IMG/VR virus record: IMGVR_UViG_3300027779_002770
Coordinates: 18,660-82,659 of that record
Length of the DNA stretch: 64,000 bases
Source of the DNA: a virus
Direction: 5' to 3' (one strand)
Shown: in pieces, positions 58,037-64,000 of the stretch
How positions within the stretch are numbered: position 1 is the stretch's first letter
Layout of the letters: every line of letters starts with the position of its first letter
Position numbers and translations under genes: made by a program
The notes under the pieces: model-generated
Told to the model about the DNA's origin: nothing
The model's database searches: none
The model's input: only the letters and a program-made list of their open reading frames with translations

Positions 58037-58279
58037 ATGAGTGATATAGTTATGTGTGCAGTTATTACATTTTTGCTTGTTAAAAGCTTTTATCAGAATA
58101 GACTCAGTTACTACCGTCGTGAGGTAGCAGAGTTACGAGAGGAATCTGAGCAATTAGCAGTACTTGTACAATCATTGCAAGTTAAACTTGGATCTCATGA
58201 TATTGACTGGGATTTAAATGATTTCCTAGATGATGAAGACGAGTGGACGCAGTTTGACGATAGACGCAATGAAGCATGA
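58037..58279 (+). CDS. small membrane-anchored protein
   Basis: SD GAGGAG; N-terminal hydrophobic segment. Confidence 0.5.
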   Translation: MSDIVMCAVITFLLVKSFYQNRLSYYRREVAELREESEQLAVLVQSLQVKLGSHDIDWDLNDFLDDEDEWTQFDDRRNEA

Positions 58280-58607
58280 TACGGTATATAACAAACCCAA
58301 TAATGCGATTATGGTCCGTACGCGTGGGAACGAGATACACATTATATGTGATACCGAGGATAAAGTGGATAGCGTAGTTAAGAGACTTAGTACACCAAAC
58401 TGCTTTCTTGCAGGGTATGAAGAGTGGGATGATGGTCCGGATAAGAAGTGGATCCTTACTTTTCTAGTGGGTACCGAAGATTTTGAGATCACTCCGGTGT
58501 TAAATTGAGTGTAACACCACGGTCCAATGCTAGTAGGAGCGGGCAAAAAAAAATTTTTCTCAAAAGGCAATGGATATGTATACACATGAAAGAAAAGATT
58601 ACAAACA

Positions 58608-58829
58608 ATGGAGGTTATAATGAAAGTAACAAGACAAACTTGGTTAGATGAAAAAGTCACATGTGATGAGTGGGGAAGACCACCATCATTAGCAGATGTG
58701 CCTATAGCAGTAATGACAAGAGGTGAAGCTTTTGTAAAGCAAGGTGGCTCTAAACACGACATAGATTCAATGTGGAAACAGAAACAGCAGTCATTAAAAG
58801 AAAATGCACACCTGACTATATCAATCTAG
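58608..58829 (+). CDS. hypothetical phage protein
   Basis: DEWGRPPSLADVP; start probably the second Met after GGAGG. Confidence 0.55.
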   Translation: MEVIMKVTRQTWLDEKVTCDEWGRPPSLADVPIAVMTRGEAFVKQGGSKHDIDSMWKQKQQSLKENAHLTISI

Positions 58830-58835
58830 AACATA

Positions 58836-59093
58836 ATGAAATATACGTTATCACAGTTATACACCAATAATAAAACTAAGCCATTCGTTAACGTCACAGA
58901 TATTGATGTTGAAATACAATGGGATGAATGTAACTTAGAAGGTATGCCTGACAAGGTAACAGGTACTTCTTATCACAACATGGGTAAGACTTCCAAGGTG
59001 TCGTATGATGAGCTGCCTAAAACATTTAAAGCCATAGATGGTAATGAATACCTTATTGAAGATATACACACGATATGGGGTGGCAGTAAATGA
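58836..59093 (+). CDS. hypothetical protein
   Basis: 85-aa ORF in the gene run. Confidence 0.5.
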   Translation: MKYTLSQLYTNNKTKPFVNVTDIDVEIQWDECNLEGMPDKVTGTSYHNMGKTSKVSYDELPKTFKAIDGNEYLIEDIHTIWGGSK

Positions 59094-59192
59094 ATTTAAG
59101 TTTAGAATACTTAACCCTGTATTGGAAAGTAGTCCTTTGTATAGGATTATTAATGATGTTATTGTCAGTTAATTTAAACAAGGAGAAGTAAA

Positions 59193-59519
59193 ATGAACAA
59201 GCGGTTATTACCTATACTACTACTTATATCAGCATTAGCGTCTCAAACTCATACAGCAGGTGACACGCTGATGTTTAAAGTTAGTGGTCTTGTTTGCTCA
59301 TTTTGCGCACACGGCCTCAATAAGGGCATCGGCAATATGAAGTATACAGACAAGGATAAGGTGTTCGTTGATATCAACAACCAGATTGTTAAGGTGGCGC
59401 TCAATAAGAAGCATAAGCATCTGCCTTCATTAATCATAAATGAAACTATTGCAGTAATAATAGAAAGTGGGTATGAAGTTAACAAGGTCTTCTTTAACGG
59501 AAGGCCATTGATAAAGTAA
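59193..59519 (+). CDS. exported heavy-metal-associated (HMA, MerP-like) protein
   Basis: Signal peptide; V.GLVCSFCA and ..SGYEV. Confidence 0.8.
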   Translation: MNKRLLPILLLISALASQTHTAGDTLMFKVSGLVCSFCAHGLNKGIGNMKYTDKDKVFVDINNQIVKVALNKKHKHLPSLIINETIAVIIESGYEVNKVFFNGRPLIK

Positions 59520-59533
59520 ACAGGAGAAGTAAA

Positions 59534-60283
59534 ATGGATAACAAAAAATTTGGGTGGGCAATGGCTAAATGCTCAGAAGCCGCCTATATGGATGGTAAGA
59601 CAGCTAAGCCCCTGTACAAAGGATTAGGGTTTAATAGGCATAAGTACTTTGATGTCAAAGGTGCACAGTGCCATGCTGCTTATAATAAGGAGTATTTTGT
59701 CTTAGCGTTTAGGGGCACTGAGGTTAAATCTTGGTCCGATATAAAAGCGGATTTGAATGTTAGTTCAACTCCTGCTAAGCATTCTTATGGTAAGGTCCAT
59801 GAGGGGTTTGAGAAAGAAGTTGATAAGCTCTGGACACAGATAAGGGATTATGTATTAAAGCAATGTAAGGATAGAAAGTTGATCGTTACTGGTCACTCAC
59901 TTGGAGCATCGATGGCTACTATAGTTGCGGCTAGATTGAAAACGGCTGGATGGAATGTTAACGGACTATACACATACGGTTCCCCTCGAGTAGGGAATGC
60001 ATCGTTCAAGAAGAGCTTAGATATATCACACTACAGATTTGTCAACAACTCTGATGATGTAACCAAGATGCCGTTCTACCATTGGGGCTATAGGCACCAC
60101 GGTGAGCTACGTTATATTAACTCTAAGGGCGCTGTTGAACTCGGCACTAACGTGATGCGTAGGACACTAGATCGACTGGCTGGCAGGTGGAGTGGCTTCA
60201 AGAACAAGGACTACTTCGATGGATTATCAGATCACAGTATCACAGGATACGCAGATAACTTACTTGAATATATTGAAAAATAA
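59534..60283 (+). CDS. class 3 lipase
   Basis: AFRGT, VH.GF, TGHSLGA, TYGSPRVG, D.V, DH. Confidence 0.92.
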   Translation: MDNKKFGWAMAKCSEAAYMDGKTAKPLYKGLGFNRHKYFDVKGAQCHAAYNKEYFVLAFRGTEVKSWSDIKADLNVSSTPAKHSYGKVHEGFEKEVDKLWTQIRDYVLKQCKDRKLIVTGHSLGASMATIVAARLKTAGWNVNGLYTYGSPRVGNASFKKSLDISHYRFVNNSDDVTKMPFYHWGYRHHGELRYINSKGAVELGTNVMRRTLDRLAGRWSGFKNKDYFDGLSDHSITGYADNLLEYIEK

Positions 60284-60350
60284 ATGAAAAAAAGCCTTTA
60301 CTTTGTCGCGGATTATGTGTAGATTGTAGTACAATAAACAAGAGGTTACA

Positions 60351-61694
60351 ATGAAAAGACAACAACTACATCCGGATATAAAATTACTTGGGAAGCTTAG
60401 TTCACTTCACACCAAGCTTCATAAATCAAATAGTAGCAATGATAAGATTGCTATACTTGAGGCTGTTGTCGGCGGTGAAATGGATTTGCTACGACTTTTA
60501 AGTTATATGTATGATCCTTATAAACAGTACTATTCATCTTGGAAGAATATTCTTAAGCGTGATGATTTACACAGACATTTTACTGGTACTATATTTAATT
60601 TACTTGACATGCTTAGCAATCGCGCAGTAACAGGGCATGATGCACTTGGCTTGATTAATGATTATCGTTCTAAAATGAATAATGATGCTGCTATTGAATT
60701 GATATTCGAACGTAGTCTTAAGGCACGCATTGATTCAAAACTAATTAACAGAGTATTTCCTGGTCTTATCCCAACATTTGATGTTGCTCTTGCAACAAAG
60801 TATGAAAACTATGCTGATAGGTTTAATCCCGAAGAAGAGCGATGGATGTGGTCTAGAAAGCTAGACGGTGTAAGAGTTATAATGCGTATTGAAAATGGTA
60901 CAATCAAGTACTTTTCACGTCAAGGTAAGGAATTCAATACATTAGACAGGATAACACAAAGTCTTAAAGCACACAGCATCATGAAGGAGAATATCGTGCT
61001 AGACGGAGAGCTGTGCATCGTAGACGAGAACGGAAATGAAAACTTCCAATCAGTTATTAAAGAGATCAGACGTAAAGATCACACAATAAAAAAGCCAAGA
61101 TTTAAAGTATTTGATTGCCTTACAATAGAAGAATTCGATTCAGGTGTATCAAGCGAACACAGAGCTTTCGCTGCTAGATATGATGATATACAGTGGAAGC
61201 TTGGCAATCCTTTATGGGATGCAGACTTTCCAATTGATCTCGTAGTACATGAATTTGTGCTGTCAAAAGGAGAGATTCCTATCTTACTTGATAATGCTGA
61301 TGACAGCGGCTGGGAAGGAATCATGCTTCGTAAAGATGTACATTATAAAGGCAAACGTTCAAATGATATCTTAAAAGTAAAGAAGATGCACGATGCAGAG
61401 TATGTTGTTGAAGATGTAGAATATGGTCCATTTAGAATGATCGATCCAAAGACAGGGTTAGAAACTACAATTGAGACAATGACAAATGTCATTATTAAAC
61501 ACAAGGGCAATGTTGTGTCAGTCGGCTCAGGATTCTCATTGGCTCAAAGGGCTAGATACTTTGGCTATCCAGAAAGAATTGTTGGTAAGGAAATCACCGT
61601 TCAGTACTTCGAGGAATCACAGGACAAGACAGGTAAACACTCACTTAGATTTCCTGTTTGTAAAGCAGTGTGGGAAGATGGAAGACAAGTATAA
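60351..61694 (+). CDS. ATP-dependent DNA ligase
   Basis: KLDGVR, LDGEL, FD, EGIMLR, KVKK, VGSGF, SLRFP. Confidence 0.93.
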   Translation: MKRQQLHPDIKLLGKLSSLHTKLHKSNSSNDKIAILEAVVGGEMDLLRLLSYMYDPYKQYYSSWKNILKRDDLHRHFTGTIFNLLDMLSNRAVTGHDALGLINDYRSKMNNDAAIELIFERSLKARIDSKLINRVFPGLIPTFDVALATKYENYADRFNPEEERWMWSRKLDGVRVIMRIENGTIKYFSRQGKEFNTLDRITQSLKAHSIMKENIVLDGELCIVDENGNENFQSVIKEIRRKDHTIKKPRFKVFDCLTIEEFDSGVSSEHRAFAARYDDIQWKLGNPLWDADFPIDLVVHEFVLSKGEIPILLDNADDSGWEGIMLRKDVHYKGKRSNDILKVKKMHDAEYVVEDVEYGPFRMIDPKTGLETTIETMTNVIIKHKGNVVSVGSGFSLAQRARYFGYPERIVGKEITVQYFEESQDKTGKHSLRFPVCKAVWEDGRQV

Positions 61695-62500
61695 TGAAAA
61701 ATAAAAAGATGAAGGTGAATAGCCGAACATTCCAAGACGGCACTGTTATAAAATTTTCAGTACCAGATGGTGCTGGTATGCTGCGTTACCGCGCTGAAAC
61801 CTTGATGACTAAAGAGCCGGAAACTATTATGTGGTTAGATCGGATGAATAAAGAAGACGTGTTGTGGGACGTCGGTGCGTGTATCGGAAGCTATAGCATA
61901 TACGCCGCTGTAAGGCGGGGTGTAAATGTATGCGCATTTGAACCTGCGAGTTATAATAATGCTGTGTTAGAAACCAATATACAATTAAATAATGTGAGTG
62001 ACAAAGTTATATCGTATCCTATAGCTATAGGCACAGAATTTGCGTATACTCAATTAGCACATATCAATGATACAGACACAGGAAGTAGTTGCAACGATAT
62101 TGTGACGTCAGGTTATAGTAAGGCAAGTAATTATAGGAACGTAAGTTTGACAGGTTGTGTAGTTGATAGTATTGATAATTTAGTAGAACATGGATTGCCG
62201 TACCCAACACATCTAAAAATAGATGTAGATGGAGCAGAGCCTGATGTGATCAAAGGGGCAATGAAAACTTTACCTAATCTGAAGTCGATACTGATTGAAC
62301 TATGGCCCGACCCGCCCAAACACCTCGCTCATTATCACTATAGAAAACAACATAAAAAAGTAGACAAAGATTTACAATCTATGGGATGGGTATTAGACGA
62401 AGAGTTATTTGAACTCTCAGTAAAAGAAAACGACGAATCAAATGGATTCCCTGGACAACGAAATTTTATATATTATATGGGAGACAAGCATAATGTCTGA
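61694..62500 (+). CDS. FkbM-family methyltransferase
   Basis: WDVGACIG.YS, AFEP, LKIDVDGAE; start placed at ATG 61694. Confidence 0.88.
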   Translation: MKNKKMKVNSRTFQDGTVIKFSVPDGAGMLRYRAETLMTKEPETIMWLDRMNKEDVLWDVGACIGSYSIYAAVRRGVNVCAFEPASYNNAVLETNIQLNNVSDKVISYPIAIGTEFAYTQLAHINDTDTGSSCNDIVTSGYSKASNYRNVSLTGCVVDSIDNLVEHGLPYPTHLKIDVDGAEPDVIKGAMKTLPNLKSILIELWPDPPKHLAHYHYRKQHKKVDKDLQSMGWVLDEELFELSVKENDESNGFPGQRNFIYYMGDKHNV

Positions 62501-62852
62501 TTTTGAAAATATTGCATGTAAAGTTTTAGGTATTATTTTGTTTATAGTACTTTGTATACTAACACTTCAATTGAATGGATGTGCTACTGGTGGCACTATG
62601 ACAGGCTGGACAGATAGTGGGGCACCGATTGTTGTTAAGCGAACTTATCCTTTGCTTGATTATAATGGGATAGAACATCAATACAAAGGTGATGTATCGA
62701 ATTTTATTTTTCCCAAGCACAACAGAGAATTAACACAGTATTGTAGTATTCATTTTTGTTGGGAAGATATTCAAGCCAGGTGGTCTCAAGATAAACAAGC
62801 TGAGCCGGGCAATCATAGATGGAATTATTTCGTTACAGAGAATAAAAGATGA
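62493..62852 (+). CDS. putative lipoprotein / membrane protein
   Basis: Hydrophobic helix then LNGC; start at MSDFEN after GGAG. Confidence 0.5.
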   Translation: MSDFENIACKVLGIILFIVLCILTLQLNGCATGGTMTGWTDSGAPIVVKRTYPLLDYNGIEHQYKGDVSNFIFPKHNRELTQYCSIHFCWEDIQARWSQDKQAEPGNHRWNYFVTENKR

Positions 62853-63016
62853 CAAACATAGACTACAGAGAAACTATACTATACTGGCTTCATCGCAAAA
62901 TAAAATGGCTACCGTTCTTGCCGCCTTTCCCTTATGGGTTTTGGGCCTCATTAGCATGCCCCGATAAAGAACCGTTACATTTTCACCATGACGGCTGTCC
63001 GCATTGCGATATGTAA
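62849..63016 (+). CDS. small His/Cys-rich protein (55 aa, not in the ORF track)
   Basis: ATGA-coupled; ends C...EPLHFHHDGCPHCDM. Confidence 0.55.
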   Translation: MTNIDYRETILYWLHRKIKWLPFLPPFPYGFWASLACPDKEPLHFHHDGCPHCDM

Positions 63017-63118
63017 TGTATAAAAAATAAGTTAAAATAGTCCTTTCATTTGTGGCAAATAAGTATTAGATTCTTAAATGAATGGTGTCCCGGAAATAGG
63101 AGTTACAGAAAATAAAAG

Positions 63119-63484
63119 ATGACTAGAATAAATGCAGGAATAAAACCAGCCGAGTTAACAGATAAACATTTGTTAGCTGAGGCACGTGAAATAAAACGAA
63201 TACCCAACTGTATCAATAAAGGGCGTTATTCTATGGATGACAGACCCTCTATGTTCAAGTTAGGTACAGGACATGTAAAGTTTTTTTATGATAAACTATT
63301 ATACTTGAAAAAACGATATGACACAATCTACAATGAGTGTGTTAAGCGTGGTTTTAATGTGACATACTTTGGTGGTGCATGGAGTAATGTGCCAAATGAT
63401 TTAATGAACGACTACACCCCTACAGAGGCTGATAGGTTAATAGTTCAGGAACGAATAAGTGAGAGATTAAATAAAACAAAATGA
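63119..63484 (+). CDS. denV: pyrimidine-dimer DNA glycosylase (T4 endonuclease V)
   Basis: MTRIN....LTDKHLLAE.REI.R, F.LG.GHV.FFYDKL.YL..R. Confidence 0.93.
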   Translation: MTRINAGIKPAELTDKHLLAEAREIKRIPNCINKGRYSMDDRPSMFKLGTGHVKFFYDKLLYLKKRYDTIYNECVKRGFNVTYFGGAWSNVPNDLMNDYTPTEADRLIVQERISERLNKTK

Positions 63485-63912
63485 AATTTAAAACAATAAA
63501 ATTAGATGGCGAGTACCCAAGTGATTTTAAACCATCAGTATCAGTACAGGAAGTACAACTATTTTTTGAGGCGTACAAATTCTTTGATGGAAGAATGATA
63601 GGCGGCAGTAAAACTGGATATAGAGATCAACATCCAGATGATTTAATAGTTTTTAATGCTAATATATTAATGCCAGGTTATGGTAAAGTATGGTATGGTG
63701 ATTTAAATCTTACTGAAGATTATTTAGCATTAAGAGAAATTGCTCAAAATTTAAATACAGAGTTATATGTGTTGTGGGAGAGTGATGGAAGATTTGGAGA
63801 TGAGAATAAACCATTTGATTCGTTGATTAAAAAAGCAGTATGGAATACGGATGAACTTAAACCAACTAAAGAATGGTATTTAAACAAACAGGATAAAAAA
63901 TACGATAGTTGA
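63481..63912 (+). CDS. hypothetical phage protein
   Basis: GRMI.GSK..Y, FNAN, WYGDL, E.DGRF. Confidence 0.6.
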   Translation: MKFKTIKLDGEYPSDFKPSVSVQEVQLFFEAYKFFDGRMIGGSKTGYRDQHPDDLIVFNANILMPGYGKVWYGDLNLTEDYLALREIAQNLNTELYVLWESDGRFGDENKPFDSLIKKAVWNTDELKPTKEWYLNKQDKKYDS

Positions 63913-64000
63913 ACCAAGCAAGATCAGTTATGGATAAAACTAAGAAACTACATATAACAATGTTGAGTGACTCACACAACAGTACTCACGATGTAATCAT

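Noticed and set aside
36-62319. Most minus-strand and nested ORFs in the track
   Set aside because: They are shadows of well-supported + strand genes; only 45947-46168 has an SD, free space and a terminator.
1-64000. Genome-wide stop-codon reassignment
   Set aside because: Long conserved genes are intact in the standard code, and TGA and TAG end genes normally.

Overview
A 64-kb segment of a large, AT-rich dsDNA bacteriophage genome. Genes are dense and almost all on the + strand; there are no structural genes, rRNA or CRISPR array in this window. From left to right it holds: (1) a replication/recombination module (gp32-like SSB, UvsX/RecA, 5'-3' flap nuclease, DnaB helicase, DnaE polymerase); (2) a nucleotide-metabolism block pointing to a modified DNA base (class II RNR, NDT-fold hydrolase, HD hydrolase, divergent ThyX, all-alpha dNTPase, dNMP-kinase fused to a dCMP-type thymidylate-synthase-fold domain, dCMP deaminase, Nmad1/DUF1599, two GT-B glycosyltransferases); (3) a ~13-kb glycan biosynthesis island; (4) a host-derived cell-envelope block (TonB-dependent receptor behind a 5' pseudoknot, tRNA-Ala, KdsA, a metallothionein-like peptide, a UGA-recoded UxxC selenoprotein with a SECIS-like hairpin, and four type IV pilins behind a sigma54-like promoter); (5) an early-gene-like region of small ORFs behind repeated promoter cassettes, with a vWA/AAA+ pair, DNA ligase and DenV; (6) a GC-rich non-coding locus at 53.5-54.7 kb holding a ~375-nt highly base-paired RNA candidate directly upstream of tRNA-Gly, plus direct repeats. 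The envelope proteins suggest an FCB-group host such as Marinimicrobia, but this is inference. All calls come from reading motifs by eye; no searches were run.
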